Below are positions 49,176-58,542 of a stretch of DNA of 64,000 nucleotides, in pieces. Position 1 is the first letter of the stretch; each line of letters starts with the position of its first letter. Origin of the DNA: a virus; IMG/VR virus record IMGVR_UViG_3300027668_002455, positions 111,850 through 175,849 of that record; one strand, written 5' to 3'. The notes below the pieces were generated by a model. That model ran no database searches. It was not told the DNA's origin and saw nothing but the letters and a program-made list of their open reading frames with translations. The position numbers were made by a program, and so were the translations under genes.

Positions 49176-50987
49176 TCATATCATTATGGGAGCAAAAGTC
49201 TCCTCCGGACCTTCCTCCTTCGTTAGCATTATATCATAATAGCACTTTAAAGTCCACATGCCCAACATTAAAGTAGTATAGTTATCTCTTCGGGCCCTAG
49301 TAGAGGAGGTGTTTCTTTTTAAATGCTGGGGAAGGTCGAAAGTTTGAGTTCCCTTGGCCGTACTCTTCACCTCAATGAGAGCACACTGCTTTTTTGTTTG
49401 GTGTATTAAATTATCCTGCTCTTCGATAAGGTCTAACACGGTTTCACCTTTTTTAAATTTTAGCTCAATTTTTTGATTGGTCATCCTGTTAAAAGTCTCG
49501 TTACTGGCTGTCGCCTTAGATGCAAACCACAATCTTTTATGATCAATAGATGCCTGTAATTGCTCGTTGGCTTTTCGCAACCAGTTAGATGTAAATACCT
49601 GTTTAAAGCAAATTTTTCCATCTTGTTTATTATACTGTTTGCGAGAGCTCTTAATTTCTTTTTGATAATTAATTCCTTCTGCATCACTATTAAAATCAAA
49701 AAAATCTAGCTTCTTAGTAAAGGCCCCTGATTCATTACAGCTATCAATAAATTGAAACCCTGCATTATCAATACATATCATTTCAAAATCAAAAGCATTA
49801 CATAAATAATTAAAATATACAATGTGATCTTTTAGATCCCCACCAGCAATCGCATAACCATGGACAAGGGTTCCTGTTTGTGTCTCATTGTCAAGTTCAA
49901 TTACTGACATTGCAAAAAAGTCAGAACTGGGGCTATTAGAAAAACTAGGGTCAATTGCACAGATATACTTCGAGTCTGATTCGCCCACTATTTTTGTTGT
50001 GGGGTGTTCACCATCGGGGACAGTACACTCGTGCATTTTTTTTGCACTAAAATAAGAATCACTGCCGTCAGTAAATTGAGCACAATATTCCCGGCGAAAA
50101 GAGGCGTTGGAAGTTCCACCGCTTCTAGCCTCTTCAATAATAGTAGTATCTATCATCTCTTCTGGCAGAGCTTCATACCCTAATTGACCTATAAAATAAG
50201 AAGACTCTTTTTTTTCTTTACTGTAAATATTTTGCATCCACTCTTTGTAAGTTTTATATAAATTTTCAAAAGTATAAGAAGCTGACGATAGTGCTATCAT
50301 TTTAGAATTGTTTTCAAAAACCATTCTATCTTTTTCTTTCATTACCCCCTCTTTTATAAGGCTGTCTTCGACCTCTCTGATCTCTAAGCGTTCCTTCATG
50401 TTTTGTGGTGCAACCAAAAAGGGCATTAGAACATTATTGATAATATCCTCCGGTAAAAGAAGGTACTCATCAAGCACTAGTATGTTTGCTCGGAATCCTC
50501 GAATTTTTTCACCGTTAAGTGGAATGGCCGTAATCGAGCCTCCATTAATTTGCCATTCAAATTGGTCATTTCGTTTTGCCTTAGAACCAAACGCTTGAGC
50601 AAGAAGTTCAGCCCCTTTAGATTCAACCATCTTCTCTAAGTTGTTAAAAATAAAACGAGCAGTACGAAAGGTTGGGCCTGCAACAAGAATTTTTGTTCCC
50701 GGTTCAAAGATGCACTGTAGAAAACAAAATACAGCAGCCAAAAAAGTTTTTCCACAACCGCGACCCAAAACAAGCATACTAAAATTATTATTTAGCATAC
50801 CCTTTAACAGTACCTCTTGAAAGGGTGCAAGTTTGATTCCTGAAATAAGTTCCGTCGTAAGCCCTAGGTTAGCTCTTAAAAACTTAGCCAAAGTAATCTT
50901 GGACTCTTTATTTTCGAGCTCCCCTTTTAAGGCTCTGAACTGAGCATTAATATCAGTTAGCTTTTTTGTTTCTTGTGCGTACCACAT
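49176..50987 (-). CDS. terL: Terminase large subunit
   Basis: Q motif LAPFQ, Walker A GRGCGKT, Walker B ILVLDE, ALSSA, FRREY.AQF, nuclease AIDPS...SD and C-terminal D. Confidence 0.92.
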   Translation of the reverse strand: MWYAQETKKLTDINAQFRALKGELENKESKITLAKFLRANLGLTTELISGIKLAPFQEVLLKGMLNNNFSMLVLGRGCGKTFLAAVFCFLQCIFEPGTKILVAGPTFRTARFIFNNLEKMVESKGAELLAQAFGSKAKRNDQFEWQINGGSITAIPLNGEKIRGFRANILVLDEYLLLPEDIINNVLMPFLVAPQNMKERLEIREVEDSLIKEGVMKEKDRMVFENNSKMIALSSASYTFENLYKTYKEWMQNIYSKEKKESSYFIGQLGYEALPEEMIDTTIIEEARSGGTSNASFRREYCAQFTDGSDSYFSAKKMHECTVPDGEHPTTKIVGESDSKYICAIDPSFSNSPSSDFFAMSVIELDNETQTGTLVHGYAIAGGDLKDHIVYFNYLCNAFDFEMICIDNAGFQFIDSCNESGAFTKKLDFFDFNSDAEGINYQKEIKSSRKQYNKQDGKICFKQVFTSNWLRKANEQLQASIDHKRLWFASKATASNETFNRMTNQKIELKFKKGETVLDLIEEQDNLIHQTKKQCALIEVKSTAKGTQTFDLPQHLKRNTSSTRARRDNYTTLMLGMWTLKCYYDIMLTKEEGPEETFAPIMI

Positions 50988-51940
50988 TATAAAATTTTGT
51001 TATCATAACAATATTGCAGATCAACATGTCCATGATTTGAATCTCCTAAAAATATTTTCTCGATGACCCTAGAAGCATCATCCCTGTTATTAACAAATAA
51101 AAATTGAACATGGGGATAGGCTTGAATTAAATATCTTACATTATGAAAAACATATTCTGGAGTAGCTTTAATTTTTTTCGACACCTGTGGCAAATGATTA
51201 AAAGACCGGCATTTATTTATGTTTTCTTCTACCAAGATAATTAAACTTGTACTAGCTTCCCCCGCTCTTTCAATTTCATTTACGAATCTTTTAAAACCCC
51301 CGCTCAGAGTTCCAACAAAGTCGCTAACAGACTTTCTTTCTATATGACATGCCCCCGAGCAACCGGGGTGGCTAAATGCATAATCTCCAAATTTTAAATT
51401 CTTAACCTCAGTGTTCACACCAAACTTTAAAGGCTTTTGCTCTCTAGTATCTACATAAATTTTAAATTTCTGTTTAATAGATTTTTTATCTAATTCACGG
51501 CCATATTCTCCTTTGGGATTGCGGAATTTAGGAAGTAAGCCAATCTCCTCGCAAAGGTCATAGTAGTCTCCAAACAGCGCATTGTAGATTTGAATTGCTG
51601 GCATCATTAGTGTTCGAAGCTCAACTTGTGTTGGCGCAAATATTAAATTCTTTTTTTCTTTTCTTATTACGAGCAACTCCCTGCAGTAGCTCTTGGCTGT
51701 CTCCTTATCTTGATCTTTAAGCCAAAGCCTTAAATTAGTTCGTGAATTAAAATCATGTTCAAAGTAATAGTCTTTACTTTTGAACTTAATAATCTTGCCA
51801 TCATGTTTGTCGTGTCGTGGGTAATGCGTTTGATAATATTCAGCCATTCTCATCTTGTGGGCTTTAAGGTGACCGTGAAGCTGTCGCTCTGTGTCAAATA
51901 CCTTTTCGCAAGCAGCGCACTTCTGTTTTTTAGAATTCAT
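50987..51940 (-). CDS. C2H2 zinc finger + ERCC4/XPF-family nuclease
   Basis: CAACEKVF...LHGHLKAH; VDTREQ...L.FGDY...IERKSVSDF. Confidence 0.85.
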   Translation of the reverse strand: MNSKKQKCAACEKVFDTERQLHGHLKAHKMRMAEYYQTHYPRHDKHDGKIIKFKSKDYYFEHDFNSRTNLRLWLKDQDKETAKSYCRELLVIRKEKKNLIFAPTQVELRTLMMPAIQIYNALFGDYYDLCEEIGLLPKFRNPKGEYGRELDKKSIKQKFKIYVDTREQKPLKFGVNTEVKNLKFGDYAFSHPGCSGACHIERKSVSDFVGTLSGGFKRFVNEIERAGEASTSLIILVEENINKCRSFNHLPQVSKKIKATPEYVFHNVRYLIQAYPHVQFLFVNNRDDASRVIEKIFLGDSNHGHVDLQYCYDNKIL

Positions 51941-52514
51941 AATTAAAGTATTCGATGTCATCTTTATATAATCTTTCTATAGTCTTTATGGAGTTAGTGT
52001 TATAAAATTTTGAATAATGAGGTTTCCCTTTTAATTTCTTTTCACTACTTAGTTTGACAGTCGGTTTGTTTATTTTTTTACAAAGAGAATTAAAATCTTT
52101 TTGCAGGCTCTCGTAGCGGCCTATGAAATTCATGTTTATATTTCCATCTAAATCCTTTAGCCAATCGACTTGATTTGCTACCCATCTTCCCTTGTCGCAG
52201 TTTTCTAACGTGTCTGGGTATAGTTTAACATCATGGCTGTTTTTTATGTTTTTTATAAATCTATTAAATTTACTTTTGAGTTTTAAATAGGACTCCGATC
52301 TACTATCTTTAACGATGTCCCTGTTAAACCAAAAAAACCAAGACACCATTCTATCCCAAGGGTTCCTGACAAAAGAAAACTTAAAAGAAGTATACCAATC
52401 CCCCTCCCCGTTCGCATGATGCTCTTTCATCGTCATATGCAACGTCTTAGAATTAAAAGCCCCCTCTATACTTGTACCTCCAGTTTTATTTATGTGAATA
52501 AAAGTTAATTGCAT
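51930..52514 (-). CDS. Sulfotransferase (Sulfotransfer_2-like)
   Basis: 5'-PSB FIHINKTGGTSI; 3'-PB SFVRNPWDRMVS; FIGRYESL; YKDDIEYFNY. Confidence 0.9.
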   Translation of the reverse strand: MQLTFIHINKTGGTSIEGAFNSKTLHMTMKEHHANGEGDWYTSFKFSFVRNPWDRMVSWFFWFNRDIVKDSRSESYLKLKSKFNRFIKNIKNSHDVKLYPDTLENCDKGRWVANQVDWLKDLDGNINMNFIGRYESLQKDFNSLCKKINKPTVKLSSEKKLKGKPHYSKFYNTNSIKTIERLYKDDIEYFNYEF

Positions 52515-52519
52515 AGACG

Positions 52520-53641
52520 CTAACCATTTAGTACCTCGTCCTCACTTATACCGAGTATTCTAGCTTTAACCTCATCCATCGACGAAAGTTTTTCTACTTC
52601 ACCTTTAATAACTTTTTTGCGTAGCTCAGCTAGCTTTATAAGTTTTTGTCTAGACTCCTCTTCTTTCCATAGCTGTACTAAATTAATAATACTGGCATTT
52701 TCTTTAATTTGGTTTTTAAGTCTATCTGATCTCTTTTCTTTTAAATCATTAAGCAATTTATTTTGGCGGGTTACAGATTGATGGTAATCAGTTTGAGCTT
52801 TACCAATAGCCTCAACCAGTGACATTGAAATCCTTCTCCCATCTGTATCTGCAGCTACGTCATCAAGTAGATGTTGGAGATGTTCTACTCGCCTCTGGAT
52901 GTTCGAAGCAATTACTACCTCCGAGGCAAGAACGATATATTGATCTACCTCTTCCTGTGTTAAGTCAGATTTGTCATAAGTGTATCTTACAAAACTAGAT
53001 TCAAATAAATCACGATCTATTTGACTTTCAAAATGATTTATATGATGTAGAAATCTATAAGTATGCAAATAACCTATTAAAGCCTCGACACCCCGACGCT
53101 GAAAGGCTGTGATCTTATCTTTGTTAATACCATTTAAAACATACTTGTTAATTCGACTGACTATTAAATTTAAAGTTCTAGGGGGCTTATACTCTTCCGA
53201 AGGTACCGGGTTAGAATCAGCGGGCGATACATTAGATTGTTGAATGTCATTTTCTTTTTTGAACTCGCTTACCAAGCGGGTTTCCTTATGTAGGTTCGTA
53301 AGAGTATTGTCTTCAAAAATCATACGAGCTATATCTTGGTCCGTCATAGCATGTCCATTGTTGACAATGAACTCTTCCATTTCACTGGTCAGGCTTACAT
53401 CACTACGACCCACATATTCATGTGAGGCTTTCGCTTTAATATCCCTAGATACCAAAAAAGCTTTTAAACATTTACCATACTTACTTCTTCCGTCTTGTAG
53501 TTTTTCTTCTATGTCTGGAAAAGCAATTTGAACTAGCTCCTTTAAAGAGGGAGGCGTTTTTGGGCACCTATTCCATTCATTAATGATATCCTTTTGACGT
53601 TCGTCAGAAATAGTTAAATCTCCACTTTTGAAATCACTCAT
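52520..53641 (-). CDS. Hypothetical coiled-coil protein (candidate small terminase/DNA-binding)
   Basis: HTH-like MTDQDIARMIF and long C-terminal coiled coil; lies upstream of TerL. Confidence 0.5.
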   Translation of the reverse strand: MSDFKSGDLTISDERQKDIINEWNRCPKTPPSLKELVQIAFPDIEEKLQDGRSKYGKCLKAFLVSRDIKAKASHEYVGRSDVSLTSEMEEFIVNNGHAMTDQDIARMIFEDNTLTNLHKETRLVSEFKKENDIQQSNVSPADSNPVPSEEYKPPRTLNLIVSRINKYVLNGINKDKITAFQRRGVEALIGYLHTYRFLHHINHFESQIDRDLFESSFVRYTYDKSDLTQEEVDQYIVLASEVVIASNIQRRVEHLQHLLDDVAADTDGRRISMSLVEAIGKAQTDYHQSVTRQNKLLNDLKEKRSDRLKNQIKENASIINLVQLWKEEESRQKLIKLAELRKKVIKGEVEKLSSMDEVKARILGISEDEVLNG

Positions 53642-54402
53642 TAATAATCCACCTCCCCTTTATTTAAAACTTTTTTTACTTTTTCGATTATAGATTTTTT
53701 TATATTTTTAATTTGTTTGTAGCCGGGAATCCTGTTCTTTTCAGAAGTTCTATAACCCATTAGCCGTGCAACCTCTTCTTCGCTTTTATATTCTATGTAG
53801 AGATGTTTGTATACTTTCCACTCTATGGGTTTTAGTATCTCTTCCATTTTTATATGTAATTTTTTGGCAAATTTTTCTATATCAGTGTTATCGGAGTTTC
53901 TTGAAAATACTTCTTGGGGGTGATCTTCTAATGAGACAGGGAGCTTCGCGTCGTGTGCTGATTTTTTTGTTTTTTCCCAATGAGCATAAAGAGGGCATGT
54001 AGAATCTTGATCGGTGTAAATGGAGCAGGAGTTACTAGACTCAGCAGCAGCGCATCGTAAACATGGGCGCGCGTAATTGCCGTAGTTGTTTCTAATGAGG
54101 TTTTTTATTTGATTGGAGATTATCCTATTTATCCATGGGCCCAAGGGTTTGTCGGAATCATATAAATCCCATTTTTTATAAATATGAATCCTAAGAATTT
54201 GTGACACATCCTCAAAATCCATCCACGCCAGAACGGTTAAGTTCCACTTAGGTCTCCGCTTAATTATCTCTGTGTTGATTTGGTCAATTGAGTCTTCAAA
54301 AGAAGGCCCCTTTTTCTTTTTATTTTTTTTTGGTTTTTGTGATTTTTTCGGAGATTTTGTGGAATGGCCGCTCTGGCTATTTTTTGGGCGACCTCTAGGC
54401 AT
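53641..54402 (-). CDS. Phage RNA polymerase sigma factor (sigma70-family regions 2 and 4) with Cys-rich insert
   Basis: DFEDVSQ...YD...L..WINRIISNQIKNLIR; L...EWKVY...SEEEVARLMG...IKNIKKSI. Confidence 0.8.
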   Translation of the reverse strand: MPRGRPKNSQSGHSTKSPKKSQKPKKNKKKKGPSFEDSIDQINTEIIKRRPKWNLTVLAWMDFEDVSQILRIHIYKKWDLYDSDKPLGPWINRIISNQIKNLIRNNYGNYARPCLRCAAAESSNSCSIYTDQDSTCPLYAHWEKTKKSAHDAKLPVSLEDHPQEVFSRNSDNTDIEKFAKKLHIKMEEILKPIEWKVYKHLYIEYKSEEEVARLMGYRTSEKNRIPGYKQIKNIKKSIIEKVKKVLNKGEVDY

Positions 54403-54429
54403 ATATAAACCTTTAATAAAAAATAAAAA

Positions 54430-54816
54430 TTAGACCTTTTTCGAAGGCGGCGTGGAACCGCCACGAGCGGTACTACCCTCCTGACGAAGCTGTCGTAAGA
54501 CTTCCTCCTTAGGAATGTCATCGGATGGACGCGTGTAAACGTCTCCGGCTTTAGTGCCATTATCTTGAGAGGCAATTCCACAGATATCTCCAAACTTTAC
54601 CCCTCGAGGCTTGGGAACCTCAAGATCAACATGGAGTCCCCCTAGACGATCAAAGTCAGAGGGTTCTCTTTCTTCCTCGGCGTACTGCTCATCGGGTACA
54701 GGAGCGGTATGTTCTACTTGGGCACCAGCAAATTTATATCCACAATTTACGCAGAAATTGGGCTTTTTTGCGGCATATTCAAGTCTATTTCCACAATCGG
54801 GGCAATAAATCTTCAT
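54430..54816 (-). CDS. Zinc-ribbon protein
   Basis: YCPDCG...FCVNCG. Confidence 0.8.
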   Translation of the reverse strand: MKIYCPDCGNRLEYAAKKPNFCVNCGYKFAGAQVEHTAPVPDEQYAEEEREPSDFDRLGGLHVDLEVPKPRGVKFGDICGIASQDNGTKAGDVYTRPSDDIPKEEVLRQLRQEGSTARGGSTPPSKKV

Positions 54817-54888
54817 AATCTATGTATATAATATACACTAAATAATAAAATTCAATTCTTTTTATTTAATAGTGTAATATACAGTAGA

Positions 54889-55221
54889 ATGAGAAAAGGG
54901 GACAAAAGACCGGGCTTTACCTTTAAAAACTCAAAAGGAGTAGAGTATGAAGTCCTTTTCTATAAGCCCAATAAAAAGATATATGATGGAGCCGTTGGGC
55001 TCTGTTACGATCCCAACGAAGATTCCCCAAAGATATATATAGACCCATATCAAAGTGATCAGGGGGAGCTTAATACTGCCATCCACGAATTCGCCCATGC
55101 CTTCTTCTGGGAAAAGACCGAAAAAGAAATTAGAACCTTTGCTGACACCATGAGTAGGTTCCTATACAATGAATGTCATTGGAGAAAAAAGAGAGCCGCC
55201 AAAAAGAAAAAAAAGAAATGA
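54889..55221 (+). CDS. Small HExxH zincin-like protein
   Basis: GLC...IYID...TAIHEFAHA...E. Confidence 0.7.
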   Translation: MRKGDKRPGFTFKNSKGVEYEVLFYKPNKKIYDGAVGLCYDPNEDSPKIYIDPYQSDQGELNTAIHEFAHAFFWEKTEKEIRTFADTMSRFLYNECHWRKKRAAKKKKKK

Positions 55222-55406
55222 AAATGACCGAAATTAATAATATAGACTTATTAATGGATCAAATGGACCAAGTAGGAAAATTAACCCTACCCTTATGTAA
55301 GCATCCTGATTCAAAAGTCGCTGAAGCTGCAGTTCATGTCAATAAAATAGCACACAAGTGCTTTTTAGCTCTAGAAGTGCAAAAAGAACTACTACCCCCC
55401 AAATAA
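55218..55406 (+). CDS. Hypothetical protein
   Basis: ATGA overlap with the upstream gene. Confidence 0.55.
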   Translation: MKMTEINNIDLLMDQMDQVGKLTLPLCKHPDSKVAEAAVHVNKIAHKCFLALEVQKELLPPK

Positions 55407-55477
55407 AATAATTAAAACAACAATTATTCCGCCAATAAGCAAAATATTTAATCTTTCTTTATCTTTACTGTTCATTT

Positions 55478-56248
55478 TTATTTCCACGAAGATAAATCAT
55501 CTATAATTGTATCGTCATACACAGCCCACTTAGCGAACTCCTCGTCGCCTACCCCGAGACGTCTGGAATGAATTATAGCAACGTTATCTATGAAATGAGC
55601 TATTGGATCAATTCCTACCCATCTAGGATGTAGAGGTTTAACAACTATACCAAGACGTCCAGCGTACTCCTTGAATGCTCGATTAAATGCAACTTGATCG
55701 TTTAGCGACGTCCAAGGACGATCTGAGAGTGATTCCCAGTCCTTCATGTTTACATCCTTATGAATTCTCGCATCCGGGTTCTTTTCCAGTTGTAGGTACG
55801 TTTCCTTAACCCGTTCAAAAAATAGATCTGTAACCCGATTCTTATTATACAAAAATGTAGCAGTACCACATATATGCCAGTAACCGTTCCATATACTATT
55901 CTTATAGTCACACTTGGGTGCAGGTGGTGAACGGAAATCATAATCCATACCAAATAACGGCTCAGGGTCTTCCAACACTTCGGTGTCAGCGTCTATGAAG
56001 ATTGTAGACTCGTATGGTGTATGCTGCATATAGAACGTTTTATCTTTAGTATAGTCTTTTTCTGTATTGACAGATTCTACTTGCACTACGTTAATGTCAT
56101 CTCGATCACAAGGAACGTTAGTGATTAACGTAACCGGTAGCTTTGACACCTTCTGTAGAGAGTCAATGCTGTGCAGGGCCATCTTCAGGTAGTCGCCACG
56201 GTTAAAGTACTTCGATTTAGTAGCTATATACAATGCACCACGATTCAT
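55478..56248 (-). CDS. Glycosyltransferase (GT-A fold, GT8/GT77-like)
   Basis: GALYIAT...SIDSL...K...TPYESTIFIDADT...NDQVAF...IIH. Confidence 0.8.
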   Translation of the reverse strand: MNRGALYIATKSKYFNRGDYLKMALHSIDSLQKVSKLPVTLITNVPCDRDDINVVQVESVNTEKDYTKDKTFYMQHTPYESTIFIDADTEVLEDPEPLFGMDYDFRSPPAPKCDYKNSIWNGYWHICGTATFLYNKNRVTDLFFERVKETYLQLEKNPDARIHKDVNMKDWESLSDRPWTSLNDQVAFNRAFKEYAGRLGIVVKPLHPRWVGIDPIAHFIDNVAIIHSRRLGVGDEEFAKWAVYDDTIIDDLSSWK

Positions 56249-56254
56249 TTTTAT

Positions 56255-57010
56255 TTATCCCAAGTGTTTTAGTTTTCCAACAAGGAATTTAACTAGCTCA
56301 GAGCGCATAATATCTTCTTCAGTAAATTTAAAAGTATATACTCCATGCTCTAGGCTGTCTTGGTCTTCATGAAAAAGATCATACATTTTACTAAAACCAC
56401 TTTTCCCCCCATGTAAATCAGTTTGCATAGGATCTGCCAGAACAAAGCACTTAGACCCTTCACCCAGACGGGTCAGGATGGTCGTAATTTCCTTTGTAGT
56501 GCAGTTTTGAGCTTCATCCATGATAATACACTTGTTCGTCCAGTTAACGCCTCTAGCGAAGTTTACGGGGAACATTGAAATACGCTCTTCTTTTTCCAAA
56601 CGCTCTGTAGTTGTGTCTGGAAGTAGCTCATCAAGTTTTTCTAAAAGAGGAATTTTATAGTAAGCCAGTTTTTCATCTGCACTTCCCGGTAAAAAACCGA
56701 TTCTTTGATCAGAAGATTCAACAGAAGACCTTAAATACACAAGATCAGAGATACATTTCATATTAAGCATCTGTAATGCACAATATACAGCGAGTAGGGT
56801 TTTACTTGTCCCTGCGGGACCATCAACAAATGTTATTTTTGTATTTCTATCTAAAGCGATACGAAAGAAATCCCTTTGTTTCTCAGTCCATTTGAACTGA
56901 TTGATTTTTATTTGTCTTTTAATCGGATCGAAGGCTGTCATTTCTTCTGCGATCTCATCCGCTAACTCGATTCTCTCGCCTCTCTTGGAGGCCTTGTTTC
57001 TTTTAGCCAT
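56255..57010 (-). CDS. phoH: PhoH-like ATPase
   Basis: GPAGTSKT, IGFLPG, FARG, IMDEAQN, LTRLGE, DP.QTD, DIMRS. Confidence 0.93.
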   Translation of the reverse strand: MAKRNKASKRGERIELADEIAEEMTAFDPIKRQIKINQFKWTEKQRDFFRIALDRNTKITFVDGPAGTSKTLLAVYCALQMLNMKCISDLVYLRSSVESSDQRIGFLPGSADEKLAYYKIPLLEKLDELLPDTTTERLEKEERISMFPVNFARGVNWTNKCIIMDEAQNCTTKEITTILTRLGEGSKCFVLADPMQTDLHGGKSGFSKMYDLFHEDQDSLEHGVYTFKFTEEDIMRSELVKFLVGKLKHLG

Positions 57011-57246
57011 GTATATATAATTACACTTTAAATTAAAAAAGTGCCCGCCGATTTTTTGACCTTTACCCCCAAGCATATTTAAATGTATTTAAATATATTT
57101 GAAAAAGGGGGGGGTGCCTTTATTTATATGATAAGAGATGTATATTAGAAGACTTTTGGTTTCTCGGGGAGACTCAGGATACCCCCCACGCACCGGAAAG
57201 GCAACAAAAAAAGACCGTTTTTTTTCAAAAAGGGGGTGGGGCTATA

Positions 57247-57326
57247 TTAAAATCGCCTTTAAATATCATTTTAAATACCATTTTAAACAATTACCTTAAA
57301 CGATTACCTTAAATGATTTCACTAAA
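57247..57326. repeat. Phased TTAAA direct repeats (12-13 bp period, 7 units)
   Basis: TTAAA at 57247, 57259, 57271, 57283, 57296, 57309; CTAAA at 57322. Confidence 0.8.
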
Positions 57327-57338
57327 GAAATCAACGGA

Positions 57339-57593
57339 TTAAATAGGGTTGTGATTTTCTAGGCCATACATACGGGCGACACTGCCATCTGGTCTGCGGT
57401 TATCGTCAAGGTCTATCTCCTCGGGTGGTGGCGCGAGTGGGTTACCACACGCAGTAAGGAAACGCTCCGCGTCAAAGCGTGGGTTGTCCTGCTCGAACTT
57501 AGCAACGGCAAGCAGTGCGAGTTTAGAGGCTGGCGCGCCTTGATTGGCTGCGTTAATAAGAGAGGCGATGAATTCGAAATGTTGTTTAGTCAT
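57339..57593 (-). CDS. Small early protein, T(K/R)xHF...PRFD..(R/K)F family, copy 1
   Basis: MTKQHFEFIA...FEQDNPRFDAERF; paralogue at 63472. Confidence 0.75.
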   Translation of the reverse strand: MTKQHFEFIASLINAANQGAPASKLALLAVAKFEQDNPRFDAERFLTACGNPLAPPPEEIDLDDNRRPDGSVARMYGLENHNPI

Positions 57594-57627
57594 AATATAA
57601 TAAGTGTTAAGTTTAATAGTGTTAGTG

Positions 57628-57996
57628 TTAATCTCTGCATCGGATGTCATTGCCATCATTATCATCGTACCATCCGATAACGGCTGAGCCATCCGAATCA
57701 CGCACAATCTCCTTGCCATAAGCGTACTCACGCGCTGGCTTGTGTGATGGTGCTTTAGCATCAGCGGTGAACGTGCGGTGGTCTTCTAAGAAGTCTTGCA
57801 CTTCATCCTCGGATGCGTAAAACACATCTTCAAATGCTACCGTGTCACCGTAGCCATCACCAAAGGCATTCTCTAACCATACACCCTCACAGGCTAGGAT
57901 GGTGAGAAGGCGGCAAGGCTCGCCTGTGTTTGCATTGATGTAAATTCTGCCACATTGCAGATCCGTTGCTTTTTTGTTTTGTTCTTTCATAATCAT
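57628..57996 (-). CDS. Small early protein with shared C-terminal module
   Basis: Ends GKEIVRDSDGSAVIGWYDDNDGNDIRCRD, nearly identical to the end of the 60726 protein. Confidence 0.75.
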   Translation of the reverse strand: MIMKEQNKKATDLQCGRIYINANTGEPCRLLTILACEGVWLENAFGDGYGDTVAFEDVFYASEDEVQDFLEDHRTFTADAKAPSHKPAREYAYGKEIVRDSDGSAVIGWYDDNDGNDIRCRD

Positions 57997-58008
57997 TTAA
58001 CTGTGTTA

Positions 58009-58045
58009 AGTATATCACACGAGGTGAGACATCCGCTGTCCTACC
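58009..58045 (-). promoter_or_regulatory. Type A element copy 1: 8-7-8 dyad + extended -10
   Basis: Minus strand GGTAGGAC-N7-GTCTCACC-TCGTGTGATATACT. Confidence 0.8.
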
Positions 58046-58235
58046 TGTTAACTTTCCCAACTTTCTTTACTGTGCGGGTGAATGGCTCACTGCCATCGGA
58101 GAAGCTCCGACGCCAAGCCTTGCCGTCTACGATACGTCGAGCGTGTGCCTCGTCCATCGCTTGGATGAATATCGATCCACCATCGGTGAAGGTTACGTTG
58201 AAAATTCTCTCTGGTTTCTTAGGTGTGTTTATCAT
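58041..58235 (-). CDS. Small early protein, F.V...FI.A..EAHARR family
   Basis: Paralogous to the 61078 protein. Confidence 0.7.
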   Translation of the reverse strand: MINTPKKPERIFNVTFTDGGSIFIQAMDEAHARRIVDGKAWRRSFSDGSEPFTRTVKKVGKVNR

Positions 58236-58261
58236 AATCTTTTTAGTTTCTTCTGTTGTGT

Positions 58262-58325
58262 CTCTCACTTTCAATACGAATAGTATACCTGAAAAAAACG
58301 AAAAAGTCAATCACTTTCTTTAAAA
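58262..58325 (-). promoter_or_regulatory. Type B element copy 1: sigma70 promoter + GAAAGTGAGAGA leader
   Basis: TTGACT-17-TATACT; block repeated at 59529, 61032, 61259 and 62849. Confidence 0.85.
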
Positions 58326-58364
58326 ACTATTCACAAAATAAATGGCAATTGTGAATAACTTTTG

Positions 58365-58448
58365 CTTGACAGGGGGCCTCGGCGGGGGGACCCTCGCAGA
58401 TAGTACGTGTACGTACTATCTCAGGCGGCCCGCCCCCGATTATATAAT
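58365..58448. repeat. Type C element copy 1: TTGACA, G-run, palindromic core, C-run
   Basis: ggcgggggg...agatagtacgt-gt-acgtactatct...cccccg. Confidence 0.9.
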
Positions 58449-58472
58449 GCAAGCCTTTTAATAGTAAAAGGT

Positions 58473-58541
58473 TTACCAGTCCATCCCGATGCATACGCCA
58501 AACATACACACCATAATGATAAGTAAAGGATACAATTCCAT
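58473..58541 (-). CDS. 22-aa hydrophobic peptide
   Basis: MELYPLLIIMVCMFGVCIGMDW*; GGAGGT RBS. Confidence 0.6.
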   Translation of the reverse strand: MELYPLLIIMVCMFGVCIGMDW

Positions 58542-58542
58542 A

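Larger units (their letters stand above)
3500..57026. promoter_or_regulatory. Recurrent putative late-promoter motif GTGTA(A/T) upstream of structural genes (dispersed, about 16 sites)
   Basis: Sites at 3500, 3509, 4330(+), 27327, 29659, 33838, 34287, 38689, 40273, 42204, 45706, 49155, 49167, 54833, 54872(+), 57021; each is oriented toward a start codon within about 5-40 bp. Confidence 0.7.

Noticed and set aside
49176-50987. Intein or intron in terminase or portal
   Set aside because: Sizes are normal and no splicing or homing-endonuclease motifs were seen.
58398-58421. NtcA box (GTA-N8-TAC) within the element C core
   Set aside because: The match follows automatically from the palindrome, the spacer is invariant, and nothing points to a cyanobacterial host.
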